In this document: in pieces, positions 9,104-18,646 of the stretch
Position numbering within the stretch: position 1 is the first letter of the stretch
Layout of the letters: every line of letters starts with the position of its first letter
NCBI GenBank assembly: GCA_963777495.1
Contig: CAVZQM010000004.1
Location: forward strand, 362,715 to 426,714
DNA length: 64,000 bases
DNA from: an uncultured Actinomycetes bacterium
Lineage (GTDB): Bacteria > Actinomycetota > UBA4738 > HRBIN12
Direction of reading: 5' to 3'
Notes under the pieces: model-generated
What the model was told of the DNA's origin: nothing
Databases searched by the model: none
The model's input: the letters and a program-made list of their open reading frames with translations, nothing else
Program-made: the position numbers and the translations under genes

Positions 9104-9848
9104 TCAGGAGATCCCGAGCGCCGGAGCGAGCTTCGCGTGATCGTCCAGCACGTGATGCGCCTCTGGCCCGGTGTGTGCGGGGGCGTCCACGAAGTACGTG
9201 TATCGCACCGCGGTCATCCCCATGGCTTGCGCACCGGCCACGTCGGTCCGCCGGCTGTCGCCGACGTGCGCGACACTGCTCGCGTCGTCGATGCCCAGGC
9301 CCTCGAGCGCGTGCTCGAACACCGCCGGCCACGGCTTGAAGCATCCGACCTCGTCGGAGAACGACCAGTGATCGAAGAAGCGCAGCACGCCCGAACGAGT
9401 CGAGCCGTTCGCGGAGCGTCGGGGACGCCGTCATCCCCACGTCGCAGACGATGCCGATCCGCACGCCGGCATCCTTCAATCGCCGGATGCAGTCCTCGAC
9501 GCCCGGAGCCAATCGGAGCGGTGCGGTCCGGCCGACCTCATCGAAGGATGCGAGGAGGTCGGCACGCACCGCCGGCGAGGGGTTCACGCCGAGGAGGTCG
9601 CAGATCAGCGGCGTGGCGTCGGCCGGCCCGTGCTGGATGTTGGTCTGCCAGCTCTCGTGGAAGACCTCCCAGTTGCGGTCGAACGCGGCGTCGATCGCGG
9701 CGTCGCTCACCGGCGCTCCCGCCGTCGATAAGATCTCCGACCACCGCCGGAGTTGTCGCGCGCGCATCGTGCCGTCCTCTTCCGCATCGATGCCGGCGCC
9801 TTCGGAGACGAGGGTCTCCCAGAAGTCGAACGTGACCGCCTGGATCAC
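9104..9848 (-). CDS. HAD-superfamily hydrolase, interrupted by a +1 frameshift as assembled
   Basis: The N-terminal part (frame of 9051..9848) has the FDFWETL motif I. The C-terminal part (frame of 9104..9388) has FDHWSFSDEVGCFKP and AHVGDSRRTDVAGA (motifs III/IV). The junction reads ttc ggg c gtg at about 9389-9392. Confidence 0.7.
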
Positions 9849-12049
9849 GCGTCGCCCAGGAGCCGAGGGATGGCGCCCTCATAGACGTCGCGGAGCTCGT
9901 TGACCGTCGTTTCGAACAGCCCGTCGAAGACCACGCGGGGGCCTCCCGTTTCCCCGACGACGGCGATCGGCACGCCGCGGGCCGACGCCAGATCGGCGAG
10001 CTCCTCGACCCGCTCGGGTGCCGCCGCCACCACGGCCCGCGACGCGGATTCCGAGAAGAGCGCGACGTGCGGCGGCAGGTCGCCGGGCACGGAGACGATG
10101 AAGCCGTGCCCGCCGAGGATCGCCTGCTCGGCGAGCGTGACCGCCAGACCCCCGTCGCCGCAGTCGTGCCCAGCGGTCAACAGGTCGCTGCCCGCGGCCT
10201 CGTGCAGCAGATCGTGCAGCGCGCGTTCGCGTTCCAGGTCGAGCGACGGCGGGCTCCCGGCCACCACGCCCAGGACGACGTCGGCGAACTCCGATCCTCC
10301 GAGCTCCGCGAACGTCTCGCCCAGCACGCAGATCGTCGACCCGGCACGCACGAACCCCGTCGGGACGCGCAGCCGGTAGTCCTCCAGGAGACCCAGCATC
10401 CCGATGACGGGTGTCGGCCAGACCGCCGAATCGCCCGACTCGTTGTAGAAGCTGACGTTGCCGCCGGTCACCGGCGTGTCGAACGCCAGGCACGCATCAC
10501 GCATCCCACGGATCGCCTCGGCGAACTGCCACATCACGACCGGTCGCTCGGGGTTGCCGAAGTTCATGCAGTTCGTGATGGCGAGCGGCTTGCCTCCCGT
10601 GACCGCCACGTTCCGAGCGGCCTCGGCAACGGCGTGCGCGGCCCCGAGGTACGGATCCAGGTGGCCGAACCGGCCCTTGCCGTCGCTCGACAGCGCCAGG
10701 CCCTTCAACGTTCCGGGTACGCGGACCACGGCGGCGTCCGAGCCGGATGACGCCACGGTCTGGCCCTGCACCAACGAGTCGTACTGCTCGAAGATCCACC
10801 GCTTGCTCGCGATGTTCGGAGACGAGAGCACCGTCACGAGCGCCGCGCCCAGGTCGCCTTCGAACGGCATGAACGCCGGATCCTCGTGGGTCTCGGCCAC
10901 GTCGTCGGGCGCCAGTGGCCGGTCGTACTCCGGACCGTCGTCGGCGAGCGATGCGGCGGGGACCTGTGCGACCACGTCGCCCTCGTGACGGACCGTGAGC
11001 ATGCCGTCCGGGACGAGCGTCGCGATCACCGCGGACGCCAGGCCCCACTTGTCGCACACCGCGCGCACCTCGGGCAGCCGTGCCGGAGCGACGACCGCCA
11101 GCATCCGCTCCTGGGATTCCGACGTCAGGATCTCGAACGCCTCCAACCCGCGCTCCCGCAGCGGGACCAGGTCCAGGTCGAGGTCGGCGCCCATCTTCGC
11201 GCGCGCCGCCGACTCGCTGACGGCGCACGTGATCCCCGACGCCCCGAGGTCCTGGAGTCCTTCGAGCAACCCGGCCTCGATCAACTCGAGTGACGCCTCG
11301 ATCAGGAGCTTGCCCGCGAACGGGTCGCCGATCTGCACCGACGGTCGGGAAGCCTGCGCGTCGTCTTCGAGCGTGGCGCTGGCGAGCACCGAGGCCCCGC
11401 CGATCCCATCGCGGCCCGTGGATGCGCCGTAGAGGACCAGCAGCGACCCGGCGTGCGCTTCGTGCGATGTCGACGTCATCAGGCCGTCGGCCGCCGCCAG
11501 GCCCACGCACATCACGTTCACGCTGGGATTGGCCGAATGCGGCTCGGCGAAATGGATCTCGCCCCCCACGGTCGGGACGCCGATGCAGTTGCCGTAGCCG
11601 CCGATCCCGGCCACGACCCCGCCGAGCAGCCAGCGGTTCCGCTCGTCGGAAAGCGGCCCGAACATCAACGGGTCGAGGAGCGCCACCGGGCGGGCGCCCA
11701 TCGAGATGATGTCGCGGACGATGCCGCCCACCCCCGTGGCGGCGCCCTGATACGGCTCGATCGCGCTCGGATGCGAATGCGATTCCATCTTGAAGACCAC
11801 GGCCACCCCGTCGCCGACGTCGACCGCTCCCGCGTCCTGGCCGGGCCCGACCAGCACCGCCGAGCCTTCCGTCGGGAGCGTGCGGAGGTGGACCTTCGAG
11901 GACTTGTACGAGCAGTGCTCCGACCACATGGCGCCGTACATCGCCAACTCGTTGCGGTTCGGTTCGCGTCCGAGCGTCTGGACGATCCGCTCGAGCTCGT
12001 CGTCGGTCAGGCCGAGGGCCCGGTGCAACGGTTGCTCCACGACCGCCAC
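9845..12049 (-). CDS. purL: Phosphoribosylformylglycinamidine synthase subunit PurL
   Basis: 734 aa with the typical small-PurL pattern (EHCSYKSSK, duplicated AIRS/AIRS_C domains). Confidence 0.95.
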   Translation of the reverse strand: MAVVEQPLHRALGLTDDELERIVQTLGREPNRNELAMYGAMWSEHCSYKSSKVHLRTLPTEGSAVLVGPGQDAGAVDVGDGVAVVFKMESHSHPSAIEPYQGAATGVGGIVRDIISMGARPVALLDPLMFGPLSDERNRWLLGGVVAGIGGYGNCIGVPTVGGEIHFAEPHSANPSVNVMCVGLAAADGLMTSTSHEAHAGSLLVLYGASTGRDGIGGASVLASATLEDDAQASRPSVQIGDPFAGKLLIEASLELIEAGLLEGLQDLGASGITCAVSESAARAKMGADLDLDLVPLRERGLEAFEILTSESQERMLAVVAPARLPEVRAVCDKWGLASAVIATLVPDGMLTVRHEGDVVAQVPAASLADDGPEYDRPLAPDDVAETHEDPAFMPFEGDLGAALVTVLSSPNIASKRWIFEQYDSLVQGQTVASSGSDAAVVRVPGTLKGLALSSDGKGRFGHLDPYLGAAHAVAEAARNVAVTGGKPLAITNCMNFGNPERPVVMWQFAEAIRGMRDACLAFDTPVTGGNVSFYNESGDSAVWPTPVIGMLGLLEDYRLRVPTGFVRAGSTICVLGETFAELGGSEFADVVLGVVAGSPPSLDLERERALHDLLHEAAGSDLLTAGHDCGDGGLAVTLAEQAILGGHGFIVSVPGDLPPHVALFSESASRAVVAAAPERVEELADLASARGVPIAVVGETGGPRVVFDGLFETTVNELRDVYEGAIPRLLGDA

Positions 12050-12055
12050 GTTCCC

Positions 12056-12766
12056 CTAGACCCTCGCGAGCGCCTGCGTCAGGAGCGATGCGAACAACGG
12101 TTGGCCGCCGGTCGGGCCAACGTCCGGATCCACGGCGTGCTCGGGGTGGGGCATCAACCCGACGACGTTGCCGGCATCGTTGCGGACGCCGGCGATGCCG
12201 TTGGCGCTGCCGTTCGGGTTGTGCGCCTCGTCGAGCGTGCCGTCCGGCGCGCAGTAGCGGAACACGACCAGCCCCTCGCCCTCGACACGGGCAAGTTCCT
12301 GATCGTCGGACACGTACTGGCCCTCACCGTGCTTGATCGGGATGTCGAGGACCTCTCCGGGGGTCATGTCCATCGTCACGGGCGACTGGGAGGTCTCGAC
12401 GCGCAGGTGCACCTCGCGGCAGACGAATCGGAGCGATCGATTGCGGATCAGGGCGCCGGGGAGCAGTCCGCTCTCGCAGAGCACCTGGAAGCCGTTGCAG
12501 ATCCCGAGCACGGGACCGCCCCGGTCGGCGAACTCCCGCACGCCGTCCATCACGCGCGCGAACCGGGCGATCGCGCCGGTCCGTAGGTAGTCGCCGTAGC
12601 TGAACCCGCCGGGGAGGACGACCGCGTCCACGCCGTGCAGGTCGGGATCCGCGTGCCAGAGGCCGACGGGCTCGCCGCCCATCGTCTCGACGGCGCGGAG
12701 CGCATCCCGGTCGTCCAGCGAACCGGGGAACGTGATCACGCCGACCCGCGGGATGCCCGACGTCAC
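12056..12766 (-). CDS. purQ: Phosphoribosylformylglycinamidine synthase subunit PurQ (glutaminase)
   Basis: 236 aa with GFSYGDYLR, the nucleophile context GICNGFQ, and the PHPE catalytic His region. Confidence 0.95.
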   Translation of the reverse strand: MTSGIPRVGVITFPGSLDDRDALRAVETMGGEPVGLWHADPDLHGVDAVVLPGGFSYGDYLRTGAIARFARVMDGVREFADRGGPVLGICNGFQVLCESGLLPGALIRNRSLRFVCREVHLRVETSQSPVTMDMTPGEVLDIPIKHGEGQYVSDDQELARVEGEGLVVFRYCAPDGTLDEAHNPNGSANGIAGVRNDAGNVVGLMPHPEHAVDPDVGPTGGQPLFASLLTQALARV

Positions 12767-13026
12767 GGCCTCATGACCTCCTCGGTCTCCAGGATCCGGT
12801 ACTCCTCGATGACGGGGTTGGACAGCAGCCGGGTCGCCATCTCCTCGACCTGGGCCCGCGCCGCGGCTTCATCGTCGGTGTCGATCGTCAGGCGGATGTG
12901 TTTGCCGACGTGCACGTCGCGGACGTTGGACCACCCGAGCGTCGGGAGCGCGCCCTCGACGGCCTTGCCTTGCGGGTCGGACAATCCGGGCTTCAGCGTG
13001 ACCAGCACCTCGAAGACGAACGTCAC
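12763..13026 (-). CDS. purS: Phosphoribosylformylglycinamidine synthase subunit PurS
   Basis: 87 aa. The VLVTLKPGLSDPQGKAVEGAL pattern and the position between purC and purQ support the call. Confidence 0.9.
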   Translation of the reverse strand: MTFVFEVLVTLKPGLSDPQGKAVEGALPTLGWSNVRDVHVGKHIRLTIDTDDEAAARAQVEEMATRLLSNPVIEEYRILETEEVMRP

Positions 13027-13934
13027 TCCTGCTCCTGTCGATCGTCGGGCTGAACACCCATGCTTCGGCGATAGTGCGCGAACGGCTCGCCGGTCAATCG
13101 CTCATACGCCTCACGGTAACGTTCGGCGGTCTGCTCGACGACGTCGTCCGGCAGCTCCGGGGCCGGTGGCTCACGGTCCCATCCGGAGGCGTCCAGCCAG
13201 TCGCGGACGTATTGCTTGTCGAACGACGGCTGCGGGCCTCCCGGGGCGTACCCGTCGGCGGGCCAGAACCGCGAGGAGTCCGGCGTGCACACCTCGTCGA
13301 CCAGGATCAGCTCGCCGTCACAGAATCCGAACTCGAACTTCGTGTCTGCCAGGATGATGCCGCGCTCCGAGGCGATCGTGGCGGCGCGTTCGTACAGCGT
13401 GAGCGTCAGCTCCTTGAGCCGCTCCGCGAGCCCGACGCCCACGAGGTCACGCGTTTCGTCGAGCGTGAGCGGCAGGTCGTGACCGGCGGAGGCCTTCGTG
13501 GTCGGCGTGAAGATCGGTTCGGGCAGGTGGTCGGATTCGACGAGTCCCACCGGGAGGGCGACGCCGCAGACGGCCTGCTCCGCCGCGTACTGCTTCCATC
13601 CCGACCCCGAGAGGTAGCCACGGGCGACGCATTCGACGGGGACGACGTCGGCGCGCTTGACGAGCATGGCCCGGCCGGCCAGATCGTCCTCGGGACGGTC
13701 CGGGAGGTCGTGTGGGTCGGCGCTCACGAGATGGTGGCCGACGAGGTCACTCGTCCGGTCGAACCAGAACAGCGAGAGCCCGGTGAGGACGCGCCCCTTG
13801 TCGGGGATGGGCGTCGGCAGGACGGCGTCGAACGCGCTGATGCGGTCGGTCGCGACGATCAGCAGCCGGTCGCCGTCCGCTTCGTACACGTCGCGTACCT
13901 TGCCCCGCGCGTGGAGGACGGCGTCGGCGCTCAC
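13023..13934 (-). CDS. purC: Phosphoribosylaminoimidazole-succinocarboxamide synthase (SAICAR synthase)
   Basis: GKVRDVY...ATDRISAFD...LADTKFEFG motifs are present. GTG 13934 overlaps the purB stop (GTGA). The longer ORF up to 14063 is R/G-rich upstream of this start. Confidence 0.9.
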   Translation of the reverse strand: MSADAVLHARGKVRDVYEADGDRLLIVATDRISAFDAVLPTPIPDKGRVLTGLSLFWFDRTSDLVGHHLVSADPHDLPDRPEDDLAGRAMLVKRADVVPVECVARGYLSGSGWKQYAAEQAVCGVALPVGLVESDHLPEPIFTPTTKASAGHDLPLTLDETRDLVGVGLAERLKELTLTLYERAATIASERGIILADTKFEFGFCDGELILVDEVCTPDSSRFWPADGYAPGGPQPSFDKQYVRDWLDASGWDREPPAPELPDDVVEQTAERYREAYERLTGEPFAHYRRSMGVQPDDRQEQE

Positions 13935-15241
13935 GGCGCCTCCACTGGGAGCTTCTCGAGCCGTTCGAAGACGCCACCCAGGTTCGCCAGGTACGGCTCC
14001 ACCTGGAACACCGCCTCGAACCCGTCCTCGGAGAGCGTGCCGGTGCCGGCGATCTCGTCCCACATCCGGTCGCGGAACCCGATCCCGCGGTCCCAGGCGT
14101 CGGTGGCGGCACGCTGGACGGCCGCGTACGCCTGGTCACGAGCCATCCCGCGGTCCACGAGCGCCGTCAGCACCTTCTGGCTGAAGAACAGCCCGCCGTC
14201 GGCCTCGAGGTTCACGCGCATGCGCGCGGTATCGACGTGGAGCCCGTCCATCACCCAGGCCATGTCGGTCAGCATGAAGTGGAGCAAGCCCGTCGCGTCG
14301 GGCAAGATCACCCGCTCAGCGGAGGAGTGCGAGATGTCGCGTTCGTGCCACAGCGGCATGTCCTCGAGCGCCACCTGCGCGTAACCCCGGAGGACGCGCG
14401 CCAGGCCGCTCACCCGCTCGGAGACCACCGGGTTCCGCTTGTGCGGCATAGCGCTCGAGCCCTTCTGCCCTTCGGCGAACGGCTCTTGCACCTCTCGCAC
14501 CTCCGTCCGCGCCAGATGCCGGATCTCGGTCGCGATCCGGTCGAGGGTCGAGGCCGTGATGGCCAGGGCCGTCACGAACTCGGCGTGCCGGTCCCGCTGG
14601 ATCACCTGGGTGCTCGCCTCTTCCGGGCGCAACCCGAGCCGGGCGCAGACCAGTTGCTCGACGCGCGGATCGACGGCCGCGTACGTGCCGACGACGCCGC
14701 TGATGGCGCCGACGCTCACGGCCTCCCGCGCGCGGCGCACGCGTTCTCGGTCGCGGTCCAGTTCGAACGCCATGACGGCGAGCTTGTGGCCGAAGCTGGT
14801 CGGCTCGGCATGGATGCCGTGCGAGCGCCCGATCATCACCGTGTCACGATGCTGCAGGGCCAGCCGTTTCACGACACCGAGCAGGATCTCGAGTCGGTCG
14901 AGGAGCAGATCGGCGGACGCGCGAAGCTGCAATGCCAATCCGGAGTCCAAGACGTCCGACGACGTCATGCCGAAGTGGACCCAGCGGCCCTCCGCTCCGA
15001 TCGAGTCGGCCACGACCTGGACGAAGGCGGCGACGTCGTGGCGGGTGACGACCTCGACGCGGAGGACCTCGTCGACCGTGAACGCCGCGCGTTCGCGAAC
15101 CGCGCGCGCGTCCTCCGGCGGGATCCTGCCGAGCTCGGACCACGCCTCGACCGCCAGCACCTCGATCTCCAGCCAGTTCGCGAGACGCGCCTCGTCCGAC
15201 CAGACGGCGGCCATCTCGGGGAGGCTGTATCGAGGGATCAA
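13931..15241 (-). CDS. purB: Adenylosuccinate lyase
   Basis: 436 aa. The fumarate-lyase signature GSSAMPHKRNP and an MIPRYS N-terminus are typical of PurB. Confidence 0.95.
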   Translation of the reverse strand: MIPRYSLPEMAAVWSDEARLANWLEIEVLAVEAWSELGRIPPEDARAVRERAAFTVDEVLRVEVVTRHDVAAFVQVVADSIGAEGRWVHFGMTSSDVLDSGLALQLRASADLLLDRLEILLGVVKRLALQHRDTVMIGRSHGIHAEPTSFGHKLAVMAFELDRDRERVRRAREAVSVGAISGVVGTYAAVDPRVEQLVCARLGLRPEEASTQVIQRDRHAEFVTALAITASTLDRIATEIRHLARTEVREVQEPFAEGQKGSSAMPHKRNPVVSERVSGLARVLRGYAQVALEDMPLWHERDISHSSAERVILPDATGLLHFMLTDMAWVMDGLHVDTARMRVNLEADGGLFFSQKVLTALVDRGMARDQAYAAVQRAATDAWDRGIGFRDRMWDEIAGTGTLSEDGFEAVFQVEPYLANLGGVFERLEKLPVEAP

Positions 15242-15714
15242 AGCTTGAGGCCCTCCCCCAGGTCGTCCTTGAACTTCCAGAGCGTGGCCTGCACCTCGGG
15301 ATCGCCGATCGCGACGATCTCGGCGGCCAGCACCGCCGCATTCACGGCCGCGTCGACGCCCACCGTCGCGACGGGGACGCCGGTGGGCATCTGCGCCGTG
15401 ATCGCGAGCGCCTCGTTCCCCACCATCTGGGGTGACGACGCGATCGGCACACCGATCACCGGGAGGATCGTCCGAGCGGCGACGGCCGCCGCCAGGTGCC
15501 CCGACATCCCGGTGGAGCAGATCACCACGTTGAGGCCGCGTTCCGACGCGGTGCGCGCGTACTCGTCGACCAGGTCGGGGTTCCGCGACGACGACATGAT
15601 CCGGATCTCGTGGGGGACGCCGAACTTCTCGAGGATGAGCCCCGCCTGCCGCATGATCGGCAGCTCAGACGGGGATGCGGCCAGCACCCCCACCTTCGGT
15701 GCTTCGTCGCTCAC
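15238..15714 (-). CDS. purE: 5-(carboxyamino)imidazole ribonucleotide mutase / AIR carboxylase catalytic subunit
   Basis: VGVLAASPSELPIM...SSSRNPD...GMSGHLAAAVAA...PVIGVP pattern. GTG 15714 overlaps the purD stop (GTGA). Confidence 0.9.
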   Translation of the reverse strand: MSDEAPKVGVLAASPSELPIMRQAGLILEKFGVPHEIRIMSSSRNPDLVDEYARTASERGLNVVICSTGMSGHLAAAVAARTILPVIGVPIASSPQMVGNEALAITAQMPTGVPVATVGVDAAVNAAVLAAEIVAIGDPEVQATLWKFKDDLGEGLKL

Positions 15715-16988
15715 CTCGATGCTCCTCCTGCCGCTGCTTCGGCGATGTCCCGTCGGTACTGCATCCCGTCGAACGAGAGCAGAGCGCACGCCCGGTACGC
15801 GCGATCGCGGGCGTCACCGAGCGTCGGGCCGAGCGCGCTCACCGCCAGCACACGTCCTCCGGCCGTGACCACTCTATCGTCCTGCTCTGTTGTCCCTGCG
15901 TGGAACACGGAAACGGATTCCAGCGCAGCGGCTTCCGGTAGCCCATGGATCTCGGTCCCCGTTCTGTATGAGCCCGGATATCCACCCGACGCCAGGACGA
16001 CCGTGACCGCCGCCTCGTCCAGCAGTTGGACCTTCACATCGGCCAGCCGTCCTTCGGCGCACGCGAGGAGCAGTTCCGCCACATCTGTCTGCAGTCGCGG
16101 GATGACGGCCTCGGTCTCGGGGTCGCCGAACCGGCAGTTGAACTCGATCACCTTCGGCCCGGCGGTGGTCAACATGAGTCCGGCGTAGAGCAGCCCGTGG
16201 TACGCCACGCCCTCGCGCGCCATCGCGTCCACCGACCGGCGCACGACGTCCCAGATCGCGTCTTCGGTCAGCGGGTCGACCCACGGCAGCGGCGAGTACG
16301 CGCCCATCCCTCCGGTGTTGGGTCCCGTGTCCCCGTCGCCGACGCGCTTGGCATCCTGCGACAGCGCCAGCGGCACCACGGTCTTCCCGTCACACAGTGC
16401 GAACGCCGAGACCTCCGGGCCGACGAGCACCTCCTCGATCACGATCGTGGCACCCGCCGCCCCGAACGATCCTTCGCGAAGCGCCCCCAGGACCGCTGCG
16501 ATCGCCTCCGCCCGGTCGGCGGCCACCGTCACGCCTTTGCCTCCCGCCAACCCGTCGGCCTTCACGACCGCCCGACCGCCCAGGCGGTCGACGAAGTCCG
16601 CGGCGGGTCCGACGTCGGTGAACGTGCCCGCGTGCGCCGTCGGGATCCCGTGCCGGACCATCAGCTGCTTGGCCCACGACTTCGAGCCCTCGATACGGGC
16701 GGCGTCCGCCCCGGGACCGAACACCAGCCGACCGCGCGCCGTCAGCTGGTCGGCCAGCCCGGCGACCAACGGAGCCTCCGGTCCCACGACCGTCAGGTCG
16801 ATGCGTTCGCGTTCGACGAGCGCCACGATCCCCGGGAGGTCGTCCGCCATCACCGGCTCGCAGCGGGCCACCGACGCGATCCCCGCGTTCCCGGGCGCCA
16901 CCAGCAGCGCTTCCACCAGCGGGCTCTGGGCCAACCGCCATGCGAGGGCGTGCTCACGGCCGCCTCCGCCGACGACCAGGACCCTCAT
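15711..16988 (-). CDS. purD: Phosphoribosylamine--glycine ligase
   Basis: MRVLVVGGGGREHALAWRL N-terminus with an ATP-grasp core. ATG 16988 overlaps the purA stop (ATGA). Confidence 0.95.
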   Translation of the reverse strand: MRVLVVGGGGREHALAWRLAQSPLVEALLVAPGNAGIASVARCEPVMADDLPGIVALVERERIDLTVVGPEAPLVAGLADQLTARGRLVFGPGADAARIEGSKSWAKQLMVRHGIPTAHAGTFTDVGPAADFVDRLGGRAVVKADGLAGGKGVTVAADRAEAIAAVLGALREGSFGAAGATIVIEEVLVGPEVSAFALCDGKTVVPLALSQDAKRVGDGDTGPNTGGMGAYSPLPWVDPLTEDAIWDVVRRSVDAMAREGVAYHGLLYAGLMLTTAGPKVIEFNCRFGDPETEAVIPRLQTDVAELLLACAEGRLADVKVQLLDEAAVTVVLASGGYPGSYRTGTEIHGLPEAAALESVSVFHAGTTEQDDRVVTAGGRVLAVSALGPTLGDARDRAYRACALLSFDGMQYRRDIAEAAAGGASR

Positions 16989-18259
16989 CCGACCGGCAGG
17001 CTCTGCTCGCGGGCGGGACCGATCGAAACGACGGACACCGGCACACCGACCAGCTCTCGGAGCCGCTGGACGTACGCGCGCGCCTCCTTCGGCAGGTCCT
17101 CGAACGACGTGGCCTCGTCGATCTCCTCCATCCATCCGTCGAGCTCCTCGTAGATCGGCTCGGCCCTGTGGAAGAGCGACTGGTGCGGAGGGAAGTCCTC
17201 GAACACCTGTCCGTCGGCGCCGTACCCGGTGCAGATCTTGACCGTGTCGAACCCCGAAAGGACGTCGAGCTTCGTGACGAACAGCTCGCTCAGGCCGTTC
17301 AACCGGGCGGCGTACCGGCCGAGCACGGCGTCGAACCAGCCGCAGCGGCGCTTGCGTCCGGTCACCGTCCCGAACTCGTTGCCGCGCACTCCCAGGCGGT
17401 CACCGTCCGCGCCGAGATCCTCCGTCGGGAACGGCCCGGCACCGACCCGCGTGACGTAGGCCTTGACGATGCCGATCACGCGGTCGACCTCCTTGGGACC
17501 GATGCCCGCCGACGCCAGCGCGTAGCCGGCGACCGGGTTCGACGAGGTGACGAACGGATACGTCCCGTGGTCGAGGTCGAGCAGCGTGCCCTGGGCTCCT
17601 TCGAGCATCACGTGCTTGCCGTCCTGCAAGCCTCGGTGGAGCAGCGCGCCGGTGTCCGCGACATGCGGCTCCAGCTGCGAGGCCAGCTCCATGTACTCCT
17701 CAACGATCAGCTCGGCATCGAGCGGCAGGCGGTTGTAGATCTTCGTGAGGATCAGGTTCTTCTCGCGCAGGACCACGTCGAGCTTCTCGCGGAAGATCTT
17801 GGCGTCGAACAGATCCTGCACACGCAAGCCGATGCGCGCGGCCTTGTCCCCATACGCCGGTCCGATACCCCGCTTCGTCGTGCCGAGCGCGTTCTTGCCC
17901 AGGAATCGCTCGGTCACCTTCTCGAGCTCCAGGTGGTACGGCATGATCAGGTGGGCGTTGCCGGATACGACGAGCCGCGACACGTCGACCCCCAGCGCGC
18001 GGAGCTCGGTCATCTCCTTGATCAGATGACGAGGATCCACGACCACGCCGCCGGCGATCACGGATGTGATGTGGTCGTAGAGGATCCCCGAGGGGATGAG
18101 CTGGAGCTTCAGCAGGCGCCCCTCGGCGATCACCGTGTGGCCCGCGTTGTTCCCGCCCTGATAGCGGACGACGAAGTCCATCCGGTCGGCCAGGTAGTCG
18201 ACCGCCTTGCCCTTGCCCTCGTCTCCCCATTGGGTCCCGAGCACGATCGAGGCAGGCAT
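16985..18259 (-). CDS. purA: Adenylosuccinate synthetase
   Basis: This is the 3' 1275 nt of the 966-aa ORF. It starts at MPASIVLGTQWGDEGKGKAVDYL and contains QGGNNAGHTV. Confidence 0.95.
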   Translation of the reverse strand: MPASIVLGTQWGDEGKGKAVDYLADRMDFVVRYQGGNNAGHTVIAEGRLLKLQLIPSGILYDHITSVIAGGVVVDPRHLIKEMTELRALGVDVSRLVVSGNAHLIMPYHLELEKVTERFLGKNALGTTKRGIGPAYGDKAARIGLRVQDLFDAKIFREKLDVVLREKNLILTKIYNRLPLDAELIVEEYMELASQLEPHVADTGALLHRGLQDGKHVMLEGAQGTLLDLDHGTYPFVTSSNPVAGYALASAGIGPKEVDRVIGIVKAYVTRVGAGPFPTEDLGADGDRLGVRGNEFGTVTGRKRRCGWFDAVLGRYAARLNGLSELFVTKLDVLSGFDTVKICTGYGADGQVFEDFPPHQSLFHRAEPIYEELDGWMEEIDEATSFEDLPKEARAYVQRLRELVGVPVSVVSIGPAREQSLPVG

Positions 18260-18407
18260 GGCGTGCCTCAGTCTAGAGGACGCGGGGAACGGCCCTCTCC
18301 CACCGTGGCGCATCCGACCAAAGGCGTACCCATCCGGGTCCTTCGGACGGTTGCCCGGCTCATTCGTGCTTGGTACGTTCACCGGGCAGCTGACCAGACG
18401 ACTGGAG
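18260..18407 (+). promoter_or_regulatory. Structured 5' leader (candidate riboswitch/attenuator aptamer region) of the downstream transporter operon
   Basis: Non-coding gap between divergent purA and the membrane gene. It has mutually exclusive pairings: CCGGG 18334-18338 or CCGGGCA 18382-18388 can each pair with TGCCCGG 18352-18358. It also has a CCAG-ACGA-CTGG hairpin at 18395-18406. Confidence 0.35.
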
Positions 18408-18441
18408 GCCGCGACGCGTGTTTCGCGTTGCGGCTTTTTTT
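18408..18441 (+). terminator. Intrinsic terminator within the leader (11-bp GC stem, 5-nt loop, T7 tract)
   Basis: GCCGCGACGCG (18408-18418) pairs with CGCGTTGCGGC (18424-18434) with one G-T wobble, followed by TTTTTTT (18435-18441). It sits 24 nt upstream of the GGGAGAA-N4-ATG at 18465. Confidence 0.6.
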
Positions 18442-18646
18442 CGCCTTCGATACGGGAGAACCTCATGCAGGAGTTCCGCGGGCTCGCCGAGCCGGATACG
18501 GACGTCGTCGTCATCCCGGCACCGGTGAACACCACCTCGTCGACGCTCAGTCGATCGAGACGCTCGGACACCGCGCCTGGTACATCGCCAAGAAGCTGGC
18601 GCTCTTCCTGCCTGCGATCTTCCTGTTCATCCTCGCCATCCAGCTG

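Noticed and set aside
10497-11927. 476-aa minus-strand ORF within purL in another frame
   Set aside because: It is an out-of-frame shadow of purL with no motifs and R/G-rich composition.
18395-18406. CCAG-ACGA-CUGG hairpin as a guanidine-II (mini-ykkC) riboswitch
   Set aside because: That class needs two ACGR-loop hairpins in tandem and only one is present. The similarity to the ykkC core (CUAG..., ACGG..GCCCGG) is fragmentary.
16940-18464. N-terminal 500 codons of the 901-aa plus-strand ORF 16940..19645
   Set aside because: This part is antisense to purA and not protein-like. Only the hydrophobic part from about 18540 onward is credible.
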